Source: Planctomycetota bacterium (GTDB taxonomy: Bacteria; Planctomycetota; SZUA-567; H5-PLA8). Taken from it: a stretch of DNA of 64,000 bases. The notes beneath the pieces are model-generated. The model was given only the letters and a program-made list of their open reading frames with translations, did no database searches and was not told the origin of the DNA. The stretch is from the NCBI GenBank assembly GCA_038227875.1, contig JBBRPR010000023.1:59955-123954 (forward strand), read 5' to 3'. A program made the position numbers and the translations under genes. Positions 37,440 through 47,070 of the stretch are shown here, piece by piece (position 1 is the first letter of the stretch; the number at the start of each line of letters is the position of its first letter).

Positions 37440-39125
37440 TTAGGTTTGCGTGCTGCCCGCCGAAGGAGTCTGCGTCGGCACGGCCAACGGTATCGGCGCT
37501 GGCGCGGTGGCCAGCAGGCGTGCGGCGGCGGTGCTGGGGTCGATTTTGGCGTCGGCTTTCCGGTCGGCTTCGGCTTCCAGCTTGCGCTGCCGTTCGTGGA
37601 GATCGAGCAGGAAGCGGATACGCATTGCGACGAGGACGAAAAACATCACTCCCAGCGCCGTGCATATCATCGGGCACGACCAGATTGCGGCGTTGCCTGA
37701 GGGGCCGTCGTAAGACTGCAGGTAATCCGGCTTTTCGATCAGCTTGCCCAATTGGCCGATGTAGGCCGGCGGCGAGACCAGCAGGGCGTGCTCCCAGTTT
37801 TTGAGCACGGCGACGATGAAGGGTGGAATCGCGAAGGCCGCGATCAGCAGGCCGATGGCGGCTTTGAACGAGTTCTTCTCCAGATAGACATGAAGGTAAA
37901 CGAGCAACGACGCGGTGGCGATGCCCATGCCGGCGACCATGGGAATGACTGCGAAATTGGCTGTTTCGTTGCGCCCCTGGACCACGGCAACCACCACCGC
38001 AATCAGTGCGTACGCCAGCGAGAACAGGATGATTGCAGCCAGCGGTGAAGCATCGTCGAGCCGGCTGCTGCGTTCGAAGACCACTTTCCAGTGCTCGTCC
38101 CGCACGGCGCGGTAGAGGCGCGCGCGGAACAGTTCTGCGTTGGGCGACAACAAGAACGCCAGCGCCATCAGGACGCAAGCGTTGACACCGTGGAAGGCCA
38201 CGAGTCCCGGATGACCGAATCCCGTCACGATGTTGCCAGCCGGTTCACTGATTACGCCGCCGATAAGAATCAGTTCGATCAGCACAAACGTGATCACGGC
38301 ATGACGCAGGCTGATGTACGAAAACTCATCGCTTGCCAGGCGCCGCGCGGTGATCACAAAACAGGCCCAGGTCTGGAGCAGATTGACCATGCAGAATCCG
38401 ACCAGCATCGGCACGTGCACGCCGAAATAGTCGAAATCAATGGGCACGGTCTTGAATTGGAATCCGGATGGCGATTGCTGGTAGAGCGTGGTCAACACGG
38501 ACACCGGATTGGCCGCGGCAAGAATCGACATTCCTCCCTGCGCCACGATAAACACCGTGGCAATGCCATAGCCCATGGCCATCAACACCGCTAGCCCCAT
38601 CGCATTAGACGTCTTATCTGTCACGGAGGAGCAGACCAGCCCGAAGGCGCTGACATGGAGGAAACACACGAACATGCAGAGCTGGACCTGCATGTAGATA
38701 CTGATGCTGACACCGCCGCCCACCACGGCGATGAGTGCGAAGAGCGAACCCACCCCCGCCATGAACAAGGCTTCGGTGGCTCCACCGAAGAGCTTGCCAA
38801 CGGCCAGCCGCCACGGGCCCATGCCCACCAACCGCTGAAAGTCGAGTGTACTGCGCTCGCGTTCCAGCGCGATGTTTTGCGCCGAGAGCATGGTTCCCAG
38901 CAGCGAGATCACGGTCAATTGCAGTCCGGCGATCCAGTAAAAATACCCGTGAAACATGCGTGCGGGATTAAGCATGGGATGCTGGCCGAAACTGGTTGCT
39001 TCAATATAAAACAGGACCAGCAGCCCGCAGCAGACGAGGGCGCCAATCACAAACATCAGCGCCAGGCGGCCGATGCGCAGTTTCGAACGCGCGAGGCGGA
39101 TGAATTCGGGATTGTCGATGATCAT
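37440..39125 (-). CDS. ABC-2 type transporter permease
   Basis: 'IALERERSTLD...GKLFG', more than 10 TM segments; start overlaps the ATPase stop. Confidence 0.8.
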   Translation of the reverse strand: MIIDNPEFIRLARSKLRIGRLALMFVIGALVCCGLLVLFYIEATSFGQHPMLNPARMFHGYFYWIAGLQLTVISLLGTMLSAQNIALERERSTLDFQRLVGMGPWRLAVGKLFGGATEALFMAGVGSLFALIAVVGGGVSISIYMQVQLCMFVCFLHVSAFGLVCSSVTDKTSNAMGLAVLMAMGYGIATVFIVAQGGMSILAAANPVSVLTTLYQQSPSGFQFKTVPIDFDYFGVHVPMLVGFCMVNLLQTWACFVITARRLASDEFSYISLRHAVITFVLIELILIGGVISEPAGNIVTGFGHPGLVAFHGVNACVLMALAFLLSPNAELFRARLYRAVRDEHWKVVFERSSRLDDASPLAAIILFSLAYALIAVVVAVVQGRNETANFAVIPMVAGMGIATASLLVYLHVYLEKNSFKAAIGLLIAAFAIPPFIVAVLKNWEHALLVSPPAYIGQLGKLIEKPDYLQSYDGPSGNAAIWSCPMICTALGVMFFVLVAMRIRFLLDLHERQRKLEAEADRKADAKIDPSTAAARLLATAPAPIPLAVPTQTPSAGSTQT

Positions 39126-40045
39126 CAGTTGGTCGCTCCCGTCGACAGACGCATGAAGAGGTCCTCGAGGTTTTCCACTTTCGGATAGAACGCGATCAGA
39201 AGCACGCCGGCTTCGACCAGCTTCTTGTGGAGCGCCGGGATGTCTTCGCGTTCACCGGAGAAGCCCATGTCGAGCTTGGAACCTTCGGCGACCACGTCGA
39301 AGACTTTCGATTCGCCGCTGAGCACCTCCCGTGCTTTGTCGACCGGGCCGAGCACTTCCATCACCAGATGCAGATGCTTGCGGGTCTGGTTGAGGATCTT
39401 TTCGATCGAGCCGGAGACGACCATGCGGCCGAGTTCCATGATTCCGACCGTGTCGCAAAAGTCGGAGAGTTCCGTCAGGATGTGCGAGCTGACAATGATC
39501 GTGGTGCCGCGGTCGCGCAGCGTCTTGAGCAGATCGCGCAGGGCGATGCGCGCGATCGGGTCCAGTCCGTTGGCGGGCTCGTCGAGCAGGATCACTTTCG
39601 GTTCGTAGACCAGCGTGCGGGCGATGCCTACGCGCTGGCGCATGCCGCGGGAGAGCTTGCCGACGTACTCGTCCTTCTTGTTGGAGAGCTGGACCAGGTC
39701 GAGCACTTCCGCCACTTTTTCGGAGGCGTTGTCGATGGCATACGCGCGGCAGAAGTAGTCGAGGTACTCCCAGGTCTTCAGATCGTCGTAGAGTCCGAAG
39801 GTGTCGGAGAGATAGCCGATGCGGTTGCGGACTTTGACCGGATCGGTGATCGCGTCGTCGCCGTCGATTTCAATCATGCCGGACGTCGGGCGAAGCAGGG
39901 TGGCGAGCATGCGCAGCGTGGTCGTTTTGCCCGCGCCGTTGGGCCCGATGAAGCCGAAAATGGATTTGGCCGGAACATCGAGATCGACATTGCGCACCGC
40001 CAGCATCGACCCGTAGCGGCGGGTCAGTCCTCGCGTTTTAATCAC
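39125..40045 (-). CDS. ABC transporter ATP-binding protein
   Basis: GPNGAGKT, LSRGMRQR, LLDEP, SSH. Confidence 0.95.
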   Translation of the reverse strand: MIKTRGLTRRYGSMLAVRNVDLDVPAKSIFGFIGPNGAGKTTTLRMLATLLRPTSGMIEIDGDDAITDPVKVRNRIGYLSDTFGLYDDLKTWEYLDYFCRAYAIDNASEKVAEVLDLVQLSNKKDEYVGKLSRGMRQRVGIARTLVYEPKVILLDEPANGLDPIARIALRDLLKTLRDRGTTIIVSSHILTELSDFCDTVGIMELGRMVVSGSIEKILNQTRKHLHLVMEVLGPVDKAREVLSGESKVFDVVAEGSKLDMGFSGEREDIPALHKKLVEAGVLLIAFYPKVENLEDLFMRLSTGATN

Positions 40046-40200
40046 ACCGATCCCTCGCAGAGTGAATGACGAAAATGGGCAAACCGCGGCCGGATTACGG
40101 GGTCACAGTTGGTAGTAGAATTGAGATAGTTATGAGCGCACGTGAGCGGATTGCAAATGCGGAGTGTGTGAATGGATAGAATGGGTAGAGCAAGGAGTTT

Positions 40201-40275
40201 GCAGGCGGGACGCCTGCACCACAATTGGCTTGCAGGCGCGTCGCCGGCAAATTGTGGAGCAGGCATCCCGCCTGC
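40201..40275. repeat. REP doublet (REPIN-like)
   Basis: 40201-40225 matches the reverse complement of 40251-40275 at 23/25; each arm is itself a palindrome, GCAGGC-N5-GCCTGC. Confidence 0.75.
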
Positions 40276-40279
40276 TGCG

Positions 40280-40810
40280 TTACTTGGAGGTCGACGGTGT
40301 TTCGATGCGCATCAGCCATTCGTTCGCGATCGCCGTCTGGAGGCTCTGCGATTCGCTGATGTTCTCCTCCGTATAGGTCACTTCCTGATCTTCGGCGACA
40401 TACTCGTCGCGATCGGAGAGGTTGATGCCGCCGGGCTTGACGCAGCGGTAGGTCAGCGTGCCGTCTTCGGATTCCAAGTCGAGCTCTTCCTTGCGGGAGG
40501 TCTCGACGGCCTTGCGGATCTTCATCGAGCTGTTGACCACTCCGACCTTCTGGAGATTGGAAACGCCGGACTGGAAGACCGAGCGATCCATCTTGACCAG
40601 GTCTTCGGCGCCCTGCGGCGGCCAGTTGTCAAAGCTGACATCCAGCTCGTTGGCTTCGACATAATCCAGCAGCGCGGCAACCTTCGCGGCCATCACCTTC
40701 ATCTGGATGGGAGACAGTTCGTCCATGCGGCTGTCCTTGAGCCACTTGGATTCCAGCGTCTTGAGTTCGTTCAATGCATCATTGCGATCCAACTTCTTCT
40801 TTTTTGCCAT
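40280..40810 (-). CDS. Hypothetical acidic cytoplasmic protein
   Basis: 176-aa ORF with host-like codon usage; no recognised motif. Confidence 0.7.
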   Translation of the reverse strand: MAKKKKLDRNDALNELKTLESKWLKDSRMDELSPIQMKVMAAKVAALLDYVEANELDVSFDNWPPQGAEDLVKMDRSVFQSGVSNLQKVGVVNSSMKIRKAVETSRKEELDLESEDGTLTYRCVKPGGINLSDRDEYVAEDQEVTYTEENISESQSLQTAIANEWLMRIETPSTSK

Positions 40811-40970
40811 GATCGTGATCTCTGTTTTTGAGGTGTGAGTCGGTTCGATGGGAGAATCGAGATACGCACCGTGATTGGAATGGTCTGGGATTTACGCAAA
40901 ACCCAATTGCAACTCTGTATATAATAGACGACGGCGATGAAAATTTCCAGCGAATTGAGGAGGACTGTCT

Positions 40971-41651
40971 TTGGCGCGCCGTCCATCGGAGAAAACCGTC
41001 TACCCGTTGTTCGTGGATCTCCACGGCGCCAAGGTGCTGGTCGTGGGTGGCGGGAGCGTGGCCGCGCGGAAAGTGCCCTCCCTTCTTGCCGCGGGTGCGA
41101 TCGTGACTGTGATCGCGCCGGAGATCGATGTGGCGATCCACTCTGACGGCGGAAAGAACCTCCGGCTCCTTCGCCGCGGGTTTCGGCCAAGTGATATAAA
41201 GAGCCAGAAGCTGGTCTTCGCCGCGACCAGCAACACGGCCCTCAACCGCCGCATCGCCGCTGCGGCCCGGCGGGCGCGGATTCTCGTGAACGTCGCCGCT
41301 CCGCCGGAGGCCGGCGACGTGCAGATCCCGTCGGTCGTGCGGCGCGGATCGTTGTGCGTGGCGGTCTCCACCGGTGGCGCCTCGGCGGCGCTGGCGGCGG
41401 CGTGGCGGCAGAAACTCGAAGCGACCATCGGCCCCGAATGGACGGTGTGGGTGGGGGAGTTGGAGCGTATCCGCGCGCGGATCCTGCGTGAGATTCCAAA
41501 CGAGAGCGTCCGGCGCGCCCTGCTGCAGGACCTCGGCCGGCTGCGCTGGGCTCGCGCGGTGAAAACGCAAGGCCTGGCAAAGGTCCGGCGAGAGGTGGAT
41601 GGATTGATCCGCAAAGCCGCGACGAACACTGGTGCAGACACGATCGTTTGA
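40971..41651 (+). CDS. sirC: Precorrin-2 dehydrogenase / sirohydrochlorin ferrochelatase (CysG N-terminal, SirC/Met8-like)
   Basis: 'YPLFVDL', 'VVGGGSVAARK', 'AVSTGGAS'; GAGGAGG RBS and TTG start. Confidence 0.85.
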   Translation: MARRPSEKTVYPLFVDLHGAKVLVVGGGSVAARKVPSLLAAGAIVTVIAPEIDVAIHSDGGKNLRLLRRGFRPSDIKSQKLVFAATSNTALNRRIAAAARRARILVNVAAPPEAGDVQIPSVVRRGSLCVAVSTGGASAALAAAWRQKLEATIGPEWTVWVGELERIRARILREIPNESVRRALLQDLGRLRWARAVKTQGLAKVRREVDGLIRKAATNTGADTIV

Positions 41652-41746
41652 GCCCCCGCCGTACACATCCCGAATACACATAATCCCGCTGCGAAACTTG
41701 CCGATTCTCTGCAGTTCCTCCTTCCGCAACGCGCCGTTAGTCCCCG

Positions 41747-41763
41747 CTGGCAACACATTTGCA
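41747..41763 (+). promoter_or_regulatory. Putative sigma-54 (-24/-12) promoter
   Basis: CTGGCAACACATTTGCA = GG-N10-GC, about 90 bp upstream of the adhesin ATG. Confidence 0.55.
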
Positions 41764-41852
41764 AACCTCAAAGCGGCTCTGATTTTCCGTGTCGTGCGCT
41801 GCAGATTTTGCAGCGCCTGCGGTTCAACTGGGACTGAACGAAAGGGACGTAC

Positions 41853-44800
41853 ATGGTTGCTCATCCCATTCCACGTGTTGCCTCGCCAGCGTGTGTATCC
41901 ATCCTGATGGCTAGTGCCTTTCTCTGCGGACCTGCCGCGCTGGCTGCGACGTTGACCCAGTCCACGGGTGGCGTGCTGACGCTGACGATGGGCAGCGGCG
42001 ATACGATCGGAATCTGGGGCACCAGTAGCAATCTCACTTTTACCATCGTCTCTACTACGATGACCTTTAACAATGCGTCAGCTGACACGTCCTACGCGTT
42101 TGCTGCGAGTACGACTGGCAGTCCTGTGGGCAGCACCTCTTCCGCAATCAATGGAACGAACGGACCGACGCTCACCGCGCTGACCGTTAACGATGCGGGG
42201 TCGACGAGCAACGCGGTCCAATTTGGCTTCGCAGGAAACGGTATGACGTTGCCCTCTGGGGCGACGCTGATCGTCAACAGCTCCGCGAATCTGACCACGT
42301 TCCTCAACAACAATGTCAACACGGGGACTGGTACGCAAAGCTACGGCACCAAGATCACGATCAACGGCAATTCCGCATTGACCGGTTCGACCATTTCGTT
42401 TGCCGGGCCGATTAACGACAGCCCAGCCAATGCGCACGCACTTTCGATGACAGGCAACACCTCCTTTGCAGCCGCGGTCGGCGGCACCGCCAAGCTCGCT
42501 TCGCTCAGCGTGACGGGTACAACGTCCCTTGGTGGCAGCGTCACCACGGGCGGCGCGCAGTCGTACACGCAGGCCCTCACGCTCGGCTCGGGTTCCGTCA
42601 CTGCGGTGACCTTGAACAGCACTAACCCCGGCGCCATCACCTTTGGCGGAGCGATCGACGGTTTCAGCTCCGGCGCGGACAGCCTGACGGTGGCCAATTC
42701 GAGTAGCTTGACACTCGGCGGCGCTATTGGTTCGGGAACGCCGCTGAATGCGTTGACACTCAATACCAAAGGAGCGCTCAGCGTCGCGCATGATATTGTC
42801 GCCAGTTCGGTCAGTCTCCATTCGGACATAGCCGGCGTGGGCGCTGCCAATCTCACGATTGGCGTTGGGATCACGATCAAGGCCAACACACAATCCTATG
42901 CCGCGGGAAGCAACACGAGCGCAGGAAGCTCCGCGGTCGACTTTTCCGCCGCGAGTAACGGCACATTCACGAATACCGCTGGAAGCGGCAACCCCACGGA
43001 CTTTACCTATCAGCAAGATGCGGATTTGCATGTGTCCGAGCCCACGAAGTTTCAGTACGCCAGCTCAACGTTGACCGGCATGAATCTAACGATCTCATCG
43101 CCCAACGGCGTTAATCCCGCCACGGACGCCACTGAAGCGGGCAATGTCAACGGCACGAACCTGACCTTGCTGTCAGCCGGCGGCCCTGTTTACCTTCAGA
43201 CCGACTTCGTGCTGAATTCGCTGGTCTCGACGGCCGGGGCAACTTCACCTCTTAACGCGACGGTGACCACGACGGTTGGTGGCCAGACGTACAATGGCCA
43301 GGTGGTGATGACTACCGATACGCTCTTCGACGCGTCCGCGGCGGGAACGGCCGGGACGATCACCATCATCGGCGGCCTGACGAACAACAACGGCCCTGCG
43401 CCCACGACGACTACTCTGACGTTGCAGGGCAGTGCGACCGCGACTGTTCCCAGCAGCATCACCGGTGGCATTACCGATCAGGACGCTACCGACGTCACGG
43501 CCCTGACCGTGGCGAGCGGCACGCTGCTGCTGGCCGACGCAAATTCGTACACGGGACTCACTACCATCGCGCCGGGCGCGACCCTTCAGATTGGAAATGG
43601 CGGTAATGGTGGCACACTCGGCACTGGACCCGTCACGGACAACGGTGCGCTTCTGTTCAATCGCTCCGGTATTCTGACGGTCTCGAACAACATCAGCGGC
43701 AGTGGTTCGCTGACGCATTCTGGCACCTCACCTGCCAGCACGGTGGTGCTCACGGGAACCAACAGCTACGGCACCACGACGATCACCATGGGGACGTTGG
43801 AAGTCGGCGACGGCACCCCGACCGGCACGCTGGGTACGGGTGCGGTGACGAACAACTTCGGCCTCACCTTCGCCCGATCCGACGACATTATCGTGGCCAA
43901 CGATATCGGTGGAGTGGGCAACCTTGCTCAAGGTGGATTGGGCACGATCACGCTCACCGGATCCAACCTGACTTACACGGGCTCCACGACGATCGGCGGC
44001 GGCGCGGGCACGCTGGCGCTTTCCGGCTCGGCCGACCTGAGCAACAGCGCCGGCGTTCAAATCAACGGTACAGGCTTCGACATCAGCGCGATCACCGGCG
44101 CCGGAACCACCATTCAAGATGTAAGCGGCATCGGCAGCGTCACACTGGGGACGAAAGACCTGACTATCAGCAATGCCTACAGCACGTACAGCGGTAACAT
44201 GAGCGGACTGGGCGGATTGACGCTGACCGCCGGAACTCTGACGCTTAATGGCGCCAGCGACTACTATGGTACGACGACCGTCAACAGCAGTTCGTTCCTT
44301 GTCGTGGGCGCCGCGAACGCGACGTCGCCCAACTCCTTGCACTCGCTTTACGGCACACTCGATCTTGCCGGCAACGACTCGGTCGTCGGCGGACTTACGG
44401 GTTCGGGCACGGTGACCAACAGTGTGGCCGCCACCACCACGACGATCACGGTGACCGGTACGGGCAGCTTTGCGGGCGACATTCAGGACGTCGGCACGGC
44501 CAAGATCGGACTGGCGGTGACCAGCGGCACGCTGACGCTGGACGGTACCAACACCGGACCGTTCAACTTTACCGGCGGCACCAGCGTCTCGGGCACCGGC
44601 ACGCTTACCTTTTCCAACCCAACCACGGGATTCACGATCGGTGCGGTCAGCGTCTCCAGTGGCGCCTTCAACGGAGCGGGGCCGATTACGGTTACCAGCG
44701 TGAATCAGACCGGCGGCGTCTTCACGGCCTCCTCTGGAACGATGAGCATTTCCGGAGACTTCTCGCGTACGGGCGGCACTTTCACCCCCAACGGCGGAAC

Positions 44801-45848
44801 ATTCGACTTCACCGGCGCCGTCGCGCACACCCTCACGGGTAACACGACGTTCCGTAACTTCACGGACACGGCCGGCGGTTCGACGTTGCAGTTCGCTGCC
44901 GGAAGTACGACCACGGTGAGCGGGACGTTGAACCTGACCGGGTCCAACGGCAGCCTGGTGACGCTGCGATCGTCGAGCAGCGGATCCTTCTGGAACGTGA
45001 CTCCCTCCGCGACCACCATCTCGTTCGTGGATGTTCAGGACAGCAACAACACCAACGCCACACTCATTCTGCCCGCGAACTCAATCGACTCCGGGCACAA
45101 CGTCAATTGGTTCACGCGGCCGCAGCCTCCCGCTCCGCCACCGCCGCCCCCGCCACCTCCGCCGCCTCCGCCGACGATGCCCAGCCCGCCGGTGGTGACG
45201 CCGAACACTGCGGTGGTGACCAACCAGGTGACGCAATTTACTGCGACGGCGATGAGCACCTCGACGCTGACCTACACCTGGAATTTTGGCGACGGATCAA
45301 CGGCGGTGGGCAGCGACGTCTCACACCTGTTCGCGGCGCCCGGCGTGTATGCGGTGACGGTGACCGCGACCGACGCCTTTGGCCAGAGCAGCACGCAGAC
45401 CGTCTCGGTGACCGTAAAGGGCGTACCGTTCCGCGTGCGCAAGGCGATCTTTACGCTCAGTCCGGCGGGAGACAGCGCGCAAATCACGGGCATCATCCAC
45501 ATTCCTGCGGGGCTCACGCTGGCGCAGCAGAACTTCACCGCGATCGTTGGCGGCTATACGCAGACGGTGCCCTTTTCGAAAGGAACGCGGGCGGCAGCCG
45601 GAGGTACTTCCCTGGCGCTGAGCACGCGCACGGTTCGCGGCATCACGATCAGCCATGAGGCGGCGTTCACGCTCAAGTTGACGGGCAAACTGGCCGAGGC
45701 GTTCAAGTCCAACAGCCCGCTCGACGGGAACGGAAACCCGACGCAGATCACCGTGCAGTTCCAGTTGAACGTCCACTACGATGCCGTCACCTTGCAGACC
45801 ACCTTCAAGCCCGGGCCAAAGGGCATCACGGCGATCGGGAAGCAATGA
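41853..45848 (+). CDS. Large secreted adhesin-like protein: passenger-type beta-strand repeats, poly-Pro linker, PKD domain, uncharacterised C-terminal beta domain
   Basis: Signal peptide; T/G/S-rich; 'NSYTGLTTI..GATLQIG', 'LTGTNSYG', 'TYTGSTTI'; poly-Pro at about 45120-45190; 'YTWNFGDG...PGVYAVTVTATD'. Confidence 0.85.
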   Translation: MVAHPIPRVASPACVSILMASAFLCGPAALAATLTQSTGGVLTLTMGSGDTIGIWGTSSNLTFTIVSTTMTFNNASADTSYAFAASTTGSPVGSTSSAINGTNGPTLTALTVNDAGSTSNAVQFGFAGNGMTLPSGATLIVNSSANLTTFLNNNVNTGTGTQSYGTKITINGNSALTGSTISFAGPINDSPANAHALSMTGNTSFAAAVGGTAKLASLSVTGTTSLGGSVTTGGAQSYTQALTLGSGSVTAVTLNSTNPGAITFGGAIDGFSSGADSLTVANSSSLTLGGAIGSGTPLNALTLNTKGALSVAHDIVASSVSLHSDIAGVGAANLTIGVGITIKANTQSYAAGSNTSAGSSAVDFSAASNGTFTNTAGSGNPTDFTYQQDADLHVSEPTKFQYASSTLTGMNLTISSPNGVNPATDATEAGNVNGTNLTLLSAGGPVYLQTDFVLNSLVSTAGATSPLNATVTTTVGGQTYNGQVVMTTDTLFDASAAGTAGTITIIGGLTNNNGPAPTTTTLTLQGSATATVPSSITGGITDQDATDVTALTVASGTLLLADANSYTGLTTIAPGATLQIGNGGNGGTLGTGPVTDNGALLFNRSGILTVSNNISGSGSLTHSGTSPASTVVLTGTNSYGTTTITMGTLEVGDGTPTGTLGTGAVTNNFGLTFARSDDIIVANDIGGVGNLAQGGLGTITLTGSNLTYTGSTTIGGGAGTLALSGSADLSNSAGVQINGTGFDISAITGAGTTIQDVSGIGSVTLGTKDLTISNAYSTYSGNMSGLGGLTLTAGTLTLNGASDYYGTTTVNSSSFLVVGAANATSPNSLHSLYGTLDLAGNDSVVGGLTGSGTVTNSVAATTTTITVTGTGSFAGDIQDVGTAKIGLAVTSGTLTLDGTNTGPFNFTGGTSVSGTGTLTFSNPTTGFTIGAVSVSSGAFNGAGPITVTSVNQTGGVFTASSGTMSISGDFSRTGGTFTPNGGTFDFTGAVAHTLTGNTTFRNFTDTAGGSTLQFAAGSTTTVSGTLNLTGSNGSLVTLRSSSSGSFWNVTPSATTISFVDVQDSNNTNATLILPANSIDSGHNVNWFTRPQPPAPPPPPPPPPPPPPTMPSPPVVTPNTAVVTNQVTQFTATAMSTSTLTYTWNFGDGSTAVGSDVSHLFAAPGVYAVTVTATDAFGQSSTQTVSVTVKGVPFRVRKAIFTLSPAGDSAQITGIIHIPAGLTLAQQNFTAIVGGYTQTVPFSKGTRAAAGGTSLALSTRTVRGITISHEAAFTLKLTGKLAEAFKSNSPLDGNGNPTQITVQFQLNVHYDAVTLQTTFKPGPKGITAIGKQ

Positions 45849-45866
45849 GGGTCTGCCGGCGTCTCG

Positions 45867-45941
45867 ATGTAACATTTGAGGCATTTGCACGGGGTGAAGT
45901 ACCACACCGGTCTCATAGGTAAATGTGACGAAATGTTACAT
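45867..45941. repeat. Inverted repeat / long hairpin
   Basis: ATGTAACATTT (45867-45877) / AAATGTTACAT (45931-45941), with inner CATTTGC/GTAAATG. Confidence 0.65.
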
Positions 45942-45944
45942 GAT

Positions 45945-46133
45945 TCAGGTTCTCGGGTGTTTCCCGTACAACAGCGTTATTGTACCCCCTCGACGCGCCC
46001 GACGCAGGCTGCGCCTGCGGGCTTGCTCGGGGCGTGGCCCCGCGCGAGAGGCTCGTAAGTCGCAGATAACAATACGCCTATTCAGTTGTCACAGAGCAAC
46101 AGCCCGGGCGCCGGGCTGTACGTGTTTTCCTGT
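45945..46133 (-). ncRNA. Candidate structured non-coding RNA (family unknown)
   Basis: Downstream of a canonical promoter, no credible ORF, several nested helices (see findings). Ends are approximate. Confidence 0.4.
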
Positions 46134-46138
46134 ATATA

Positions 46139-46167
46139 ACTATGCGGTCGAGAAACGCAAAAGTCAA
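46139..46167 (-). promoter_or_regulatory. Sigma-70-type promoter
   Basis: Minus strand TTGACT-N17-CATAGT in an AT-rich patch. Confidence 0.6.
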
Positions 46168-46235
46168 GTATAATCTTGAAAATTCGTTGTCGGTGTATAA
46201 CTATTTTTCATCGAAAAAGGACTTATGTGAATCCC

Positions 46236-46979
46236 CTACCAGTTGTAGAGGAAGAAGCGCTGGCCGTCGGGGGATTGCAGTTCGCCTTTCGCTTCGGAAT
46301 CGAACTTTACGCCGTCCTGCTTGAGCTGGGCGATGCGCGCTTTGATGTTGCCGTCGAAGTAAGTAAAGGTGGGCATCAGGATGTCGGCGTTGTTTTGGTG
46401 AACGCCGAGGATCAGCTTTCCGTCCATTAAGATGCGGTACGAAGAGGGTTGATCGCCGCCGTAAGCGACGCCGAAGCCGGCCTTGTCCCAGAAGGCGGCG
46501 GCGGCTTTGGCGTCGGACGTTCGCACACACAATTCGCCGAACATTCCGCACTTGGAGAACGATTTGCCATCGGCCTGCGGAAAGCGCGAGGCATCGGTGG
46601 TGACCAGGCGGACGCGCAGACCGTTGCCGTCACTGAACTGGGCTTCGTCCTTGTCCTTGGAATCGAATTTCACGCCCAGTGATTCCAGTCGCACGATACG
46701 TTGAGCCATGTCCGCGGCGTAGTAAGTCAGCACCGGCGACGGCGAAGAGCCCTGCTGCAGCCGCACGATGATCATGCCGTCGGTGAGCGTTGCGGACGGG
46801 GTCTGACCGGACGTCCTGGAAAGCGTCTTGAAGCCGAGCTTCTCGTAGAACGGAAGCGACACGTTCAAGCTCGCCACGCTCAGCGTAATTTCCGCGGCGT
46901 CGCCGAGTTTCTGACCGCTGCTCGGGGGCGGGGGAGGCATCTTGAATTCAACCGGGTTGGCTTCGAGTTCGCTGGACAT
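46236..46979 (-). CDS. VOC/glyoxalase-like tandem-domain protein
   Basis: Duplicated 'FYEKLGF...LTYY...LESLGVKF...DGNG' / 'FWDKAGF...FTYF...LKQDGVKF...SPDGQ'; GGAG RBS. Confidence 0.75.
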   Translation of the reverse strand: MSSELEANPVEFKMPPPPPSSGQKLGDAAEITLSVASLNVSLPFYEKLGFKTLSRTSGQTPSATLTDGMIIVRLQQGSSPSPVLTYYAADMAQRIVRLESLGVKFDSKDKDEAQFSDGNGLRVRLVTTDASRFPQADGKSFSKCGMFGELCVRTSDAKAAAAFWDKAGFGVAYGGDQPSSYRILMDGKLILGVHQNNADILMPTFTYFDGNIKARIAQLKQDGVKFDSEAKGELQSPDGQRFFLYNW

Positions 46980-47070
46980 AGTGATTTGTTCTCCATTTCA
47001 GAATGTGAACCTGCGTGTCGCACCCGCATCGTGAGATTGCGAGGATCAACGGTGTGCTTGGAACTGCTGG

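Noticed and set aside
45777..45917. 46-aa Cys-rich minus-strand ORF (MRPVWYFTPCKCLKC...) downstream of the orphan promoter
   Set aside because: No RBS, overlaps the adhesin 3' end antisense and starts within a hairpin; cannot be fully excluded without ribosome profiling.
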